DNA from: the human T2T-CHM13v2.0 reference genome, Homo sapiens
Direction: 5' to 3' (one strand)
Length of the DNA stretch: 64,000 bases
Assembly (NCBI RefSeq): GCF_009914755.1
Contig: NC_060938.1
Shown: positions 36,401 through 52,546 of the stretch, piece after piece
How positions within the stretch are numbered: the stretch's first letter is position 1
Layout of the letters: each line of letters begins with the position of its first letter
The notes under the pieces: generated by a model
What the model was told of the DNA's origin: nothing
What the model saw: only the letters and a program-made list of their open reading frames with translations
The model's database searches: none
Made by a program: the position numbers and the translations under genes

Positions 36401-37418
36401 GCCAGAGGCAGATGCTCCTGAAGACTCTGGCTTCCCAGGGCCCGGGACCTTCAGAGACTGCAGAGGCACCTCCTCTCAAGTGCCAGCCAGCACTCCCCTG
36501 TGCCAGAAGACAGTGCAGAGGGCAGCCCACCCTCCCCCACCACTAAGCCGATGGGCACGTGCTGAGCCTGCTAAGGCAGGAAGCAGACTATGCTCAAAGG
36601 AGCCACAGGACCCAGCCAGCATGTTCTGACCAGGGCCGAGGGCGCACAGCCAGGACTCCAGTGTGATCAGAGATGTGGAAAGTAAAACTAGCCAAGAGGA
36701 ATCTGCTAATCTGTCCCTCTCTTCCAACACACACAACCCAGGGGATGGTGCAGACTCAAGTGTGGGTGGCTGCTGGGAGCCTTGGACATGATCAAAGCTG
36801 AAATGCCAGGATTGCCAGGCACACAGGAAGGAAACAACTCAAAGGCTCAGGGAAGTGGACACATTGGAATGGACACACCATGTCAGGCCAGAAGGCCACC
36901 AGGTGACCATTTTCCAGGAAAGTGCCTGGAAGACACATCATCTACAGAGACCTGAGGAGCACCTGCGTTGATCGCTATAACATTGATGGTGAATTGTCTG
37001 GAGGCCAGGGCTGATGTCAGGCGAGGCTCTTAAAAAACAAAGCTCACAGACAGCAATGGAATGGGGAGATCCATGTGCTAAAGGCTGGGGGCCCGATTCC
37101 CCAGGAGCTGGGACTTTGCCAGCATCACGATGACCAGCCAGAGTGTAGGGCAGCCACAGGAGCCCAACTTGCAGAGAGTCATGACCTCAGGGCCAGAGCA
37201 GAGAGAGGGACAAGGACATTTCTTAGGTTGTGCCAACAAAGGAAATCAAGTATGGATCAACCAAAGGCTGGGGGAGGTCACAGCAAGAAAAAAGTCACAA
37301 TCTTTTGCCCAATTTCCTTACCTCAATCAAGTTTTAGATCCATAACTCACTGGCTGAAGAGGTAAGTGGGTTGCAAGAAGGGAAGACCCTACCATATCAT
37401 AGCAACTATATATGGTAA

Positions 37419-37723
<305 letters not shown>

Positions 37724-40122
37724 TATATGGTAACATTTTGCCCAGCTTTTGCCCCAAAGGGGCTTATGGTCATTTAGTCAGCTAATAATGCAATGGCTAA
37801 TAGTGCCAATAACCAAACATTCTGAGGTCTGTTGGAGACCAAACCTGAACTGACTTTGACACTAGAGACATGAGGCATCCATCCCCCTGGCCCTCATGGA
37901 GTGGGGGCTGATAGACATCAGGTCAGTGGTGGAGCCCTTTCCAAGAGCCACCTTACTATCAAGCCACTGAATCACTGGGTATTGATTTCTTTGACCCCCA
38001 AATGGATAGTTGGAACCAGCACACTTAACAATCGGTGCGATTCCCACCTTGGATCCTTGGTCTGTAGGGTGAGAGCTATTGAAATGGGGAAGGCCAAGTG
38101 GAAGCCTTTGAAACTAACTCCTCCTTGACCAGTATAATAAATCAGAAACAATAGCACATCCCAGGAAAGGGGGATGACAGAAATTAGCACCACCTTTAAG
38201 GAGATAAAGGGTGCAGGGGTGCTGGTTCCCATCATGTCTCTTTTTAACTCACCAAATTTAGCCTTTGCAAAACCTACAAGATCCTGGAGGGTGGTGTAAA
38301 CTACCTCAGCTTCACTAAGGAGGAGCCTGGATCATATCACTGCACCGGAGGTGGTACCTTTGCTAGAGCAGATTACCGTGGCCTCAGAGATGTGGTATGC
38401 AGCCACTGGTTTGACAAATGCATTGTTTTCTATCCCAATCAAAAAGGAGGATCAGAAATAGTTCACATTCGCATGGAATGGAGAACAATATACATTTACA
38501 GTTAGCCCCAGGGCTGTGCCAGGTCTCCTGCCTTCTGTTATCATAAACGCAGGAGAGTCTGGATCATCTTGATGTCCCACAGAAAAGCATAGTGATCTGT
38601 TTCATCAATGACATCATGTTGATTGCAACAGATAAGCAAGAAGGAGCCAGACCACTAAAGGCCTTGGTAAGATCCATACGTTTCAGAAGGTGGGAGGTGA
38701 ATTCCCTGAAGTCTCAGGGGTCTGCCATGTCTTTATCTTTTTTAGGGGTGTTGTGGTCAGGACATTCTTCCAAAGTGAAAGTCAAATTGTTGCAGCTTGC
38801 ATCTCTTTACAAAGAAGGAAGGACAGTGCTGATGAGTTCAGGCTCTAGGGGGAGCATACCTCATACACCTAGTAATACTGCACCAGCCCATATCCTGGGT
38901 TAAGCACAGGCCACTAGCTTTGAGTGGGGCCCAGATTGGGAAAGGGCTCTGCAGCAGGTTCAAGCTGCCGTGCAAGCAGTCCTGTGGCTCAGGCCATAGG
39001 ATGTGGCAGACTCTACTGGGGTGGAGGAATCTGCAGCAGGAAAAGATGTCATCAGAGTTTATGGTGAACTAAAGCAGGAGAATCACTACATCGGCCCCCG
39101 GGCTTCGGGGGCAAGGCCGTGCCATTTGCACTGGGAATTACACTTTTTGAGAACAATTCCCGGAGTGCCACTGGAGTGCCATTCTGTCTCTGCCTAATAG
39201 AGACAGAATGCCTGAGCAGATCATGCCAAGTGGCCATGCAGCTTCAACTGCCCACCATGAGTTCTGTAAGACCCAATGAGTCATAAGGCTGGGCAGGCCA
39301 GGCAGCAATCTGTCATGTGGAAGTGCTACATCCAGGATTTAGCAGAAGCAAGACCAGAGGGCACAAGCCTCACAGCAGGTCACCTGTGTCTCAGGGCTCC
39401 CAGCCCTCTCTCTCTGCCCAGGCCAGTGGCTGTGTGAAGCAGGAAATGCTTGAAGGTGGTTTACAAATGGGTCCATTCTGTTTGTGGACTCAAGCCAAAA
39501 CAGATGACAGCTGCACTACACCCTTGTTTAAGATGGCCTCGAAAGACTGTAGTGAGGGAGAGTTCTCCCAGTGGGCAGAGCCTCAGGTGGCCATCCATTC
39601 TGTGTGGAAAGAGAAGCAGCCAGAAGTTAGAGAATCTATGGGCTCATAGGCAGCAACAAGAAGCCTGGCCAGTTGATTAGGATATTGGAAAGAAAAAAAA
39701 TGGAAGATTAAGGACAAGAAATTCTGAGGTAGAGATGGGATGTACCTATGGGAGTAGATCAGGTAACACATGTTAATCCCACCAGAAAACCCCACCCGAA
39801 GAGAGGCCCTCAACAGCCAAGTCCTCTTGACAAGATGACCAGCCATTTGACAGCAGCCAACCTCTGTCCCTCATCCCCCTGCTGGTATCATGGTATCATG
39901 GTCAATGAAGTCATCACGGAGACCAAAATTGCAGGAGACACATGGGCCCAACCGCATGGACTCTCACTTATCAAACCTGACCTAGCTACTGCCAACCCGT
40001 AGAATATCCAACTTGGCTGCAGTAGAGACCATTGCCGACCCCCATGCGGCACCATTCTTGGAGGAAGCCAACCAGCCAGGTAGAGGCACCTTGACCACCT
40101 GGGCGCTTCCACTTTAGAAGGG

Positions 40123-40484
40123 TGCAGTGATCTGAATGCATGTCCCCCAACAACATTCATATGTTGAAATTCTAACCTCAAAGGGGATGATATAAGGAGG
40201 CAGGGACTTTGGGAGGTGATGAGGTCACAAGGGTGGAGCCCTCATGAATGGGATTAATGCCCTTGTTAAAGAGGCCCGAGAGAGGTCTCTGACCCCTTCT
40301 TCTACATGAGGTGACAGCGAGAAGATGGCTATCAATGAGGAACTGGCCCTCATCAGACACCAAATCTGCCAGCACCTTGATCTTGGACTTCCCAGCCTCC
40401 AGAACTGTGAGAAAGAAGTGTCTTTTGTTTATAAGCCACCCAATCTGTAGTAGTTTGTTATAGCAGCCCAAATGGACTAAGACA
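40123..40484 (+). mobile_element. MaLR solo LTR (MLT1A/MST-like) inserted in ERV pol
   Basis: tgcagtgatctgaatg...ggactaagaca; 5-bp TSD-like aaggg/caggg. Confidence 0.85.
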
Positions 40485-41553
40485 CAGGGGTCAATGGTTT
40501 GTTTTCATCAGAAGAGACACCTACTTGGGTGTAGACTGGCCTTTCCTACCCTCAGCACCACCAACCAAAGCGAGAGCTTTTGTAGTGTTTGAGCCACCAG
40601 CATCAGACCCCACATAACATCGCTTCAGACCAGGGGACCACTTTGGAGCTAAAGAATTGTAGGAGAGAACCCAGGACCATGGGGCCCACTGGCCCTACCA
40701 CAGAACACCCCATTCAGAAGCTGCAGGCCTGACCATGTTGACACTGCCAGCCAAAGGCTCCACTGAACACCAGAGGTTGACTGGCAATGCCAGCATGGTC
40801 AGGTTGCAGCTTCTGAATGGGGTGTTCCAGGGCAGGACTCTGTCGCATGGGGGTCGTCCTCCAGGATGAGCACATGCATTGTGTCTGCCTCTGACAGTGT
40901 ATGCCTGACAGGCAGAACAAGCACGTGGGCCCAGGAGCCAAGGGACAGAAGCAGGAGGAATCCCCTTATCATCACTCATTGGCCCACTGGGAACTTACTG
41001 CTTCCATTTCCACACCTCTGCGTTCTGCAGAGTCAGGGATCCTCATTCCCCAAAATGACATCTTTCCACCAGGGGACACAGAAAGAGTCCCATTGAATTA
41101 CAAGCTATGGCTGCAACCTGAGCAGTTGGACATCTCATGTCCACAGATCAGCAGGCAAGCAGCATGACCTGCCTTGGCAGGGGTCAGTGATGGATCAACA
41201 GGAAAAGGCAGGCTCCACAGTGGAGTCAGATAAAGCACATAGGTCTTGGCACTTCCTTGCCCAGTGGTGACTCTGAGTGGGTAAGGGTGACAGCCCTTGG
41301 CCCACCAAAGGTGTGCTGGCCAGGGCCTCAGGACCCTTGGGGAAGAGGGTCTGAGTCACGCCCCTGGCTAAGCCATGAAAGCCAGCAGTGCTGACACACA
41401 GCAAGAGGAGAATGGCAAGGGGAGATGATGACCTCCCTGAGGCCACCTGCAGTGCGGGGCTTTCCTGTGTCCAGGGAACTGCCCTCCTGCAAGATTCCCC
41501 CAGGAAGAGAGGTCAGCTGGGGCCCTGGAGGGGCTGGTCCCCAAGTAGACATG

Positions 41554-41757
41554 GGAAGTGGGTCTGAGTGGTGGAGGGAAGCAGACAGGAAGTGGGTCTG
41601 AGCGGTGGAGGGAAGCAGACAGGAAGTGGGTCTGAGCGGTGGAGGGAAGCAGACAGGAAGTGGGTCTGAGTGGCAGATGGGAAGCAGACAGGAAGTGGGT
41701 CTGAGTGGCAGATGGAAGCAGACAGGAAGTGGGTCTGAGCAGCAGACGGGAGCAGAT
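41554..41757. repeat. Minisatellite, ~6 x 34 bp (GGAAGTGGGTCTGAGCGGTGGAGGGAAGCAGACA)
   Basis: Unit starts at 41554, 41588, 41622, 41656, 41691 and 41725. Confidence 0.93.
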
Positions 41758-42375
41758 GTCAAGATGTGAGAGGCCACATGCCCCTTCCAGGAAGGCCTTG
41801 TTGTCCAGCTGAGAGAGTGTGGTCATCAGAACGCCTGCAGCTGAAGCTCCTCCAGGCCCTGCCTCACTGCAGGGAGCTGCCTCTCCTGATGTCGGCTCTT
41901 CCTGGCAGTGAGTGAGCCAGTGCTCACTGTAAAGTCCTGGCCAGTCGGGCCCAGTAAGGGACACTCAGATGGGCAATACCCATTCTAGAGCAACCCCCAG
42001 TTCCACAGAGGGAACTGAGGGTTCCCTCAGGCCTGTGCTGCAGCTCAGCTTCTCCCCATGACCCATCCTGCTTCCTCCTCTTCCTTTCGCAGCTGCTGAG
42101 CCCTAGTCAACATCTCACGATGCAGGCTCTCACCGACTCATTGCCAGCTTTGGACAACCCGAGACACCAGCACTTTATCTAGTGATTTTAGGCAGGGGGA
42201 GGTGACACAATCAGGTCTGTGGTTTAGAAAACCCAGTCTGGCCCCCCGAGGAGGGTGCACAGGGAGGCAGCAAGAGGGCCTGCAGGAAGCCCAGGGGGTC
42301 ACAGGAAGACACGGTGGGCTGGCCAGGCCGGAGGCAGGAGGGCAGAGAGGGGACACACTTGAGAGAGATGAGGGG

Positions 42376-43316
<941 letters not shown>

Positions 43317-44399
43317 AAGATAGATGAGGGTTTGAGTCAGGGGTCTAAGGGGATAGAGTGGGTGTGGAAGGAGAGAGAGATGGTAAGTCAGGTTTCTAAC
43401 CTGGCTGGTGGGGTTCCATTGACAGAGGGGAGGGAACAGAGGGCAGGGCAAGCCAGGGCAGGTGATGAGCTCAGCCTGGTCGGACAACCTTGGAGGTTTT
43501 CAGGGGTCACCCAGGCAGAGATGGTCCGTGGGTCACTGGATCTGCAAGGCCAGGGCTCCTGTGTTTCGGCCGGGGAGGGGGCTTAGAGAGAAGGGAGACG
43601 GGTATAAGAGCCATGCTGTGGCCAGGCTCTCCCAGGCTCCAGTGTCAGAGAAGAAAGGAAGTGGGCACAGGACCAGGCCCTGGGGGAATCAGTGTTTGAT
43701 GTCCAAGTCTGGGAAGAATCCCCTTCCTGCCAGACCCTGACTGGTGGACATAAGATACAGGGCACACTCAGATTCCCTTCACACCGCATGGGCCACTCAG
43801 TGGACAGTTGAGGAACTCCTGCCATGCTTCAGACTCCCTCAACCTTGATGTTTTCATAGAGAAGCTCCTCGAGGAGGCAGACGGCCTGTGTCATGGCGCA
43901 TCCCTGCATCACGGTGTCCTCAGTGTGTTCTTGGAGGGCTCTGCTAGTATATTATTTCTGAGGGTGTGTTCAACATTCTGCATTGTTTGGATCCAGGAAG
44001 GACAAGACACCAGCGCTGTCAGTGAGGAAGAAGCTGGAGAGAGGTGTTCAGAGGCAGGTCTGCTCCCCATCCAGTGCTCTCCCACCCAAGACCCTCTCAA
44101 CCTGCAGGTGTCCTTGATCCACCTCCAGCCCCAGGCCCCTGCCCAGCCTTCCTCCAGGGGTCTGGCTTTTCAGCAGAAGAACTGAAAGCAGTTCATGGTG
44201 GCCTGTTCAGTGAACTGAAAGTCAGAGGCAAGAGCTCAGACAGGTGGAGTCACAGATGCCACGTCCCCCACCCTTAAGGACAGGAAGCCAGAACACGGCC
44301 CTCTTTGCTCCTCCATGAAACCACAGGTTTGAGGTTTTCCATGTTCATGGATACCTTGAGATCTTTCAGAAGCAGGGGAGAGGAAACATCCACCAACAC

Positions 44400-44541
44400 C
44401 CACCTGCCCCCTCTCCAGCGCCATCAAACAAGTCGCCAATGATAGGGAAAATTCACAAACACCAGGACATCCACCTGCCCCCTCTCCAGCGCCATCAAAC
44501 AAGTCGCCGATGATAGGGAAAATTCACAAACACCAGGACAT
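44400..44541. repeat. Tandem duplication, 2 x 71 bp
   Basis: ccacctgccccctctccagcgccatcaaacaagtcgcc(a/g)atgatagggaaaattcacaaacaccaggacat twice, with one mismatch. Confidence 0.93.
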
Positions 44542-47500
44542 CCTGAGCCTTTCGAGAAAGTTGGGTTGCCCCCATTTCTGGGGTCCCCCCAGCCGAGAAA
44601 GAGCAAGTCTGAGGACACCCTACGGGAGGCCCTCAGCCTTGGGTAGAAACTGACCTGAAAGCATCTGCTGGGAGGCTGGGGAAGAAGGTCATCTGGAGGC
44701 CTGGATGGGGGTGCTCCATTCATCAGCACACCCAGTGAGGGAGGGGTCTGGGTGGGAGTAGGGAAGCAGTGGAGGAAATGTTTCTTCATTCCCACCACTG
44801 TGTGCAGGGCCCAGGCAGGCCCTCGCAGAGCTTACTCTCTAGAGCGTAGAGGAATTCAAGACTCACTGAGCTGCCAAGGGAAGTCAAGACTCACTCAGCT
44901 ACCAAGAGCAGGAGGATTTCTGAGCCGAATCCCTGGTCCCATTCCTCAGCCCTGCACAGATGCCCACAGTGGGGATGGCTCCAGCTGGGAATGCACATCC
45001 TGGGTGCAGCTTTGCCAAATCCAGACTCACTTCTGCCAACATCGGTGCAGCACCCACCTACCAGCCTCTTCTGCACAGGGCCCTCCCTTCCTTCAATCCT
45101 CAGAAAAACCTGAGACGAGGACGAAATTTTTCGCATCTTGTCAATAAGCAGATGAGGCTCTCCTACTGTGTTCCCAAGCACTGAGGGCAGAAATAGAGTA
45201 AGAAGAATAAAGATGTAGATAAAGGAATAAGGGTGGAAAAGCGGTAAAAATACAATTCCTGAAACTGGGCTCCCATTTTGGCACTGAGCTCCCTAGCAGC
45301 CAAAGCAAAAAATGGATACGTGGTCTGTTATAAGATTCGCAACGTCCATGGGATGCAGCCATGCTTAGGGGAAGCAAGTGGCTGTCACTTGCCTGTGACC
45401 CCCCAGCCAGAGAGTGCAGAGAGTAGAGAGGAGCTCCAGGTCCCTGGAGCTCCAGACACTTGTCTGCTGCTTTGTTAAGCCCCTACACAGTGTCAGGCTC
45501 TTAGCCAGCACAAGCAAGTCAAGTAAAACCCTCCTTCCCCTGAATGTCCCCAGGCTACCTTCCTGGCACCTGGAGAACAGCATCCCAGCTGTTGGCTGCA
45601 GACCAGGTGTGTGAACATTTCTAGGTTGGGACAGAAAAAGAGAAAAGCTGTGCATGAGATTCCAAGCTGGGAAATGAAGATCGCCCTGTCAGCTCCTTGG
45701 CAGTCACCTGACTGTGGGGCAGGCAGGGCATCCAGGAGGCTTAGCCCAAACCTCTGTTGGCCCTGCTTTGGGGACTCTGCCCCAGGAAATGACCCACTAA
45801 AAGGAGAAAGATTATTAGCCCCAGATGGGGACAGCAGCGTCACTCACCACAGTGTAGTGGGGAAATTATCACAGCCCAGACAAACTGGAGGGGGCGTCCA
45901 AGTAAGCCCTGGCTTCCCACCTAGAGACCTGTGGCTCTCTGACGTGGCTCACATGTGGCCTGTGTGATGCAAGAAGATGTGTGTGCAGAGAGGTCCCCAC
46001 TGCCACCGAGCAAAGGCAGCCACCTCCCCATCATGGTGAAGGCCCTGCCCACCCCCGTGGTGGCATCTGTGTGCACTCCCCCACTCTTCACTTCAAGGAA
46101 GCAGTGCAGCTTCGAAGGGGCTTTTCAGGACCCCTGTGATGCCTCCTTTCCTGCACAGCTGGCTGCCTCTGCCACCTTCCTCTATCCAAGGTCAGCATGG
46201 GCCTGGCTCCCAGAGGCTTGCAGCCCAAGCCCTCCCGTCTCGGGGCCTCTGTGCCATGTCCCTCCACCCCTGGTTCCCAGGCCTCTCACATGTGAACAGG
46301 AGTGCCCAGAGCAGAGCATCTGGCCGGGAGGACTCAGAGGGTGTGCAGGCCCATTACTGGAGTGGGACGCCATGGGGTGGCTGCAAGTTTGAGCAAAGCC
46401 TGAAGCCCAGCAAGTGGGGTACTCTGGGGTTAGAGGCTCCCAGGAGAGCTTAGAGCTGAGTGGAAAAGCTGCCGGGCCCTCTGTCCTCACGCACTGTCCT
46501 CCCAGGCTGCCCCCGCAAGTCCCGGCCCGCATGGTGCCCTGCCTAGAGCATGTCTTCCTTCAGGAGGCTGGGGATGCTCAGAGCTGCCAGGTGAGGCAGA
46601 GGAGATGGGAAGGGACCTCTGCAGGCACCTGCCTGGGCTCCCTCCAGAGGGTTTGATCTGCACCGCGATGCTGTGTAGGGGATCCTAGCCCTGTGACAGG
46701 CAGAGAAACAGGCTCAGAGAGCTGATGCAATGTGTCCAGGTCTGTGCAGGAGCAAGGGCAGAGGCTCCGGAGCCTAGGGGCAGCCTGGTACTTTCCACAT
46801 TGCTGGTCCTGGGGTCAGACCACTGCTGAGTGAACCAAGGAGAGCCAGTGAGAGAGGCCCCCCTCGCCAGGCTGTCCAGGCTCCTGGTTCAGCCCTGTTG
46901 GGCACTTCCTAGCTGTGCACTCCTGACCAGTCCCCTCACCTCTCTGAGCCTTCTGGCCCATAAAATGAGGCCAAATGCCCCCTCCCCCGCTGTTGGAAAG
47001 TGAGTGGTCCCTCAGGGCAGGGGGCTTCACTCCTGAATTAGATGGCATAGAAAGTGAATGGACTCAGCAGGCAGGTGGTCTGGGTTCGAGTCCCAGCTCC
47101 GGCCCCTGGCAGCCCAGCAGTCTGGGAATGGGGATACAGTCTGCTAGGCCTCGGCAGGGCTGGCGCAGGAGCCTGTCCCACAGGCCCGCCCCATGTTTGG
47201 TGCTGGACCCGGGACTCCCCATCCGCGAGGAGCCTGGCACGGGACTGGCGCTTGTCAGCCCCTCATGTGGGTGTGCCTGCATCTGCGTCCCCACGTCGCA
47301 CAGGATAGGGCTTATGCATGGCCTAGCTTGTCGTGTGAGGTTGACTGGCATGTCACAGGCACTGTCACAGATTCTCAGAGCCCAGGAGCACATCCCCTGA
47401 AGGACTCCTCAGCCGGGGCTGGGCTGGAAGCAGGGCCTGGAGAAGGTCAGAGAGGCCCCGCCCTCCTGGCACTCCCAGGGCAGGGGACGCAGCACAGAGC

Positions 47501-48976
47501 GGGTGCCGGTCAGCCAGGGAGGCCGGGACGGGACGCAGCACGAGGAGAACACTGCGCAAGGCAGGCCCGCAGTCAGTCAGGACAGCTGCCCAGAGTAGGT
47601 GGCGTTTGGGCCAGGCTTCGCAAGCTGTGTGGGGGTTCGCCCAGCAGAAGACGGGAGAGGGCGTTCCAGGCAGAAGGCTCAGCATGGCCCAAAGCACAGA
47701 GGCACGGCAATGTCCGGCGCATCTGCGCACCAGCAAGAGTCTGGGGTGGCTCATGGGACAGGCTCGAGGAGAGGGCACTGTAGGAGGCCCCTGGGGAGGG
47801 GCCCCATGGAGGGCCTCCAAGCTCCGAGGTGGGGCCGCCAGAAGGCCCGACTCTTCCTCCGAGGCCCACCTCTGCCGAGAAGCCCTCCATCTAGGGGCTC
47901 CTGCCTCTAGTCTCCATAGAAGAAGCAGAAGATCAACCCAAGAGTGAGGGAGGGAGGGAAGAGGAGGAGATGGAGGGGCTCTTGTCCCCATTTTACAGAT
48001 GAGGACGCCGGGGATCTGAGAGACAGCGAGTCTGCAGGGACGTCCTAGGCCCAAGGTCACTCGAGTGCAGCTGTCATCTTCACTGTAAATGACTTTAAAC
48101 GTGACCTCACAGGCCATGCTGTTGGGAGAGTTTCTGGTAGAAGCCAGTAAGGGAGGCAGAAAGAGCCGAGGGTGTTTAACCTGCAAGGCTAAGCAGATCT
48201 GACTTGTTCTCTGGGGCCCCTGTGGACAACGCCAGGGCTAGGGTGAGGGGTAGAGGAGTTATAGAGCAGACCTCAACTTAGCCAAAGGAAGAACTCTCTA
48301 TTGGTGAAGAAGGAGCCAAAAGGCCACACATGGCCCCTGGAGGTATGACACCTTTGCCCTGGAGGAGGGAGAAATGAAGAGGGGTCTGGAGAAGAAGGGT
48401 CCAGGCAGTGGGAAGGCCTTATTTACACTCTTAGGTAGGGTAGAATGACCAGCGGGGTCTCACACCGGGGGACCTTGAGATTTTTAGCTTCCTTAGGCCA
48501 GCCCCAGGGACTTGGATCTCAGAGCTAGAGGGCAGGGGCCCCTGTGCCTGGTTCCCTTGCCGGCGGCCCAAATGGGACACCTGGCTAAGGAGCAGCGTGC
48601 AGCCTCGACGGAGAGGCCAGGAACAGGGGCGAGGACCCAGTGTCCACTCAGTCCTCCCACAGCTACAGCCCTGATCCAGAAACACTCTCCTAGGAGGGTC
48701 TCAGCCCTGGCCCTGATCTGCCAGCACCACCCACTCCCTGACCAAGAATCCTAAACTTCCTTCTCAACAGCTTTCCTCACCCCTTTCTTTCCCAGATGAG
48801 GTTGTAGCTGGAAGCCCACGGTTCAAGGCAGCTATGGGGCACTCCGGGGCCTGGGAGGGGAAGCGGGCCTTCCTCTGCCCTTTCCACAGGCCGTCCTTCT
48901 CCAGTAGGCAGAATGGAGCTGGATGTTTGAAATGGAAGGGAAACTGTGAGGGCTCTTAATCAGAAAACATTAAACT

Positions 48977-49286
<310 letters not shown>

Positions 49287-51617
49287 TGAATAAAAAAAAT
49301 TGTAAAGAAAACATAAAACCAGCTCCTCAATCAAAAAATACATTCGGTGGAGAAGGTATGAGGCCAATATAACCTTATGCTTTTACTCCTGAAATCCACT
49401 GCAGGATTCATGTCCCAAAATTCAAGAGTCCCTCCCACCAGAATTAAAATTTTAATTTCATTTACTCAACAAGCTGAATGACTGCAGGGTCTGAAGCTTC
49501 AAGCACACACCAGCAATGCCCATCCCATAGGTTAACAGGCAAACATGCCAATAAAAATAAAGCTGGAAGGAAGACCACAGCAGGATGGGTGACGATGGTG
49601 TCGCCTCTAGCCTGAGTGAATCCCCACAAACTACTCGAGAGTAGGAAGGGGTGCTCCTGGCAAGGTTAACTGCAGGGACAAAGGCCCAGAGTCAGGAACA
49701 AGCTCATTGTGCCCCTGGGAGGACCTGGCGGGAGCAGGAGAGGCAAGAAGGCAGATAGAAGAGGCAGAGAAAGTGGCTTCACGTCGGAAGTCAACACACA
49801 ATCATGAGAGTGGGCCTTTCTCCTCCTTGGAGCAAAGAAAGTGGATGGAGGGAGGCACTGGGTGGGGGGACAGGGGTGCTGAGGTTTGGAGAAGGGAGGG
49901 GCCCGGGTGGGGAGGATAGAGGCAGAGGCGTGAATGAGACCCACACACACCCATTTCACACAAGATGGGGTGGGGGCGCCCCCAAGACTCTGCTACCGTG
50001 GGAGGGTGTGGGGGACCCAGAGTGTAGCTGGAGCTGGGCCTGGACCCTTCCCTCAGCATGAGGATGAGGGGCAGGGAGAAGACCCTGGTGGAGTCCCTGC
50101 TGTCCTCTCCCTCAGGAGGGGTGGTCTTGCAACACCCCCATCCCCAGTTTCCTACACCCAAATCTTCCTGCTCCTAGTGCCCAGCTCTCTGGCCCAGGCA
50201 GGACCAAGCTGGGCTGGCTTTATCCTCCAGACCTAGGAAGGAAGAAACAGCTGGGCTGCCCTCAGGCCTGGACACTACAGAGAGGCCAGAGCCCCATTTC
50301 ACGGAGCTGAGGTGGCCATGGTGCTAGAGATGCAGGGTCCTGAGACTTCCAGCCACACGTGCTCCTCTACATCCTGCCTCCTCGACCTCCAGTCACCCAC
50401 TAAGTACAGGCAGCCCTCAGACCAGTCCCCTCTCTGGTGCCTGCCTCTGGGACAGTGGCCCCCACGCTCTACATCGGAGCCTCCTCACCGGAGCCTCCTC
50501 ACCACCCCTCTGGGCCTGTTCTCTTCATCTTTCCAGTCTGCCCTCCACCCACTGGTGACCAGCAGCTGCTTCCACCCATATCCTGAGCCAGGGCCCCGGC
50601 AGTGCCCCTAACTTCTCCTTTGGCCCTCAGCTCTAGTCACAAGGTCTTCCTGGTTCTATCCCACCACAACCCTCACTCTGGCCTGAAGACAATCTCTTGC
50701 CTGACCACATCTCCCGGAGCCCAGACACTCTCCTCAGTCCATCCTCCATCCTGTCTAAGTCGTATTCGTAACTAGCACTTTCATTTCACCTTGCACCTGC
50801 TCAAAAACCATCCATGGCTCCCTATTGCATCATATCCTGGCTTTCTGACTGTAGCACCTGCTGCTGTCTCTCATGGATCTTCTGGGAAACTTGACTTGTA
50901 CATTATTCTCTGCACACATGTATTTCCCCAGGCTGTTCCCGCAGCCTAGAATGACTGTACTGTGTCCCATTCCCCACTAACTGGAGTTTATTTTTCAGAA
51001 GCCATCCAGATAATGTTCCTCAGTCTCCACTACCACTCACCCAAAGCTGGACACGGCACCTCCCTCAAGATTCTCACAGGTCTTACTGCACTTTCTTCTC
51101 ACATCTGTGTAAGTGCTTAAAAGGTAGTGATTGCTCTATAAAGCGTAGCTATTATTGATAGCTAACTTTTTCAGAAGGGCTCTAGGGTTTTTCTTGTTGC
51201 TTTTTGTATTCTAGACATTAATCCCCGGTCAGTTTTACATGTTGCAAGTAGATTCTCCCATCTGTCGCCCACCTGTTACATTTGCCTATGACACAGATTT
51301 GGGAATTATTTGCAATTTAAAATAATTTTGATTAACATGTTAAAGCACTAATGGAACAAGTAGACAATATGCGATAATAGATGGATAAGGGAAGCAGAGA
51401 GATGGAAACTCTAAGAAAGGGTCAAAAGGAAATGCTAGGAGTGAAAAACACCATAACAAAAATGAAGACTATGTTTGATGGGCTCATCCACAGATGGGAC
51501 ATGGCCAACAAAAGGATTAATGTGCTTGAAAGTATGTCCATAGAAACTTCCCAAATTGAAAAATACAAAGAGAACAAAGCATCCAAGAACTGTGGGACGA
51601 TTTCAAAAAGTGCAACA

Positions 51618-52172
<555 letters not shown>

Positions 52173-52546
52173 CTAAAAAGATAAGAATCCATCAGACTTC
52201 TCAGAAAGCAAGCAAGAGAGTGGAGTGAAATGTTTGAAGTATTGAAAGAAAAAAATCCACCAACCTGTCATTCTATATCTAGCAAAATGATCTTTCCAAA
52301 GTGAAGTAGAAACAAAAACTTTCTCAGACATATAAAAGTTAAAGATATTCATCACCAGCAGACCTACCTTGCCAGAAGTATCAAAAGAAGTTTTTCAGGA
52401 AGGAGGAAAAATATATAAGTCAGAAACTCAAATCTACAATTTAAAAAAAAGTATCAGAGAAGGGTTTTTTAAAATAAAATAAAACATTTTGTTTTCTTAT
52501 TCTTAATTAATCTTAACAGATAAATGTTTGTTAAAAGTAATAATAG

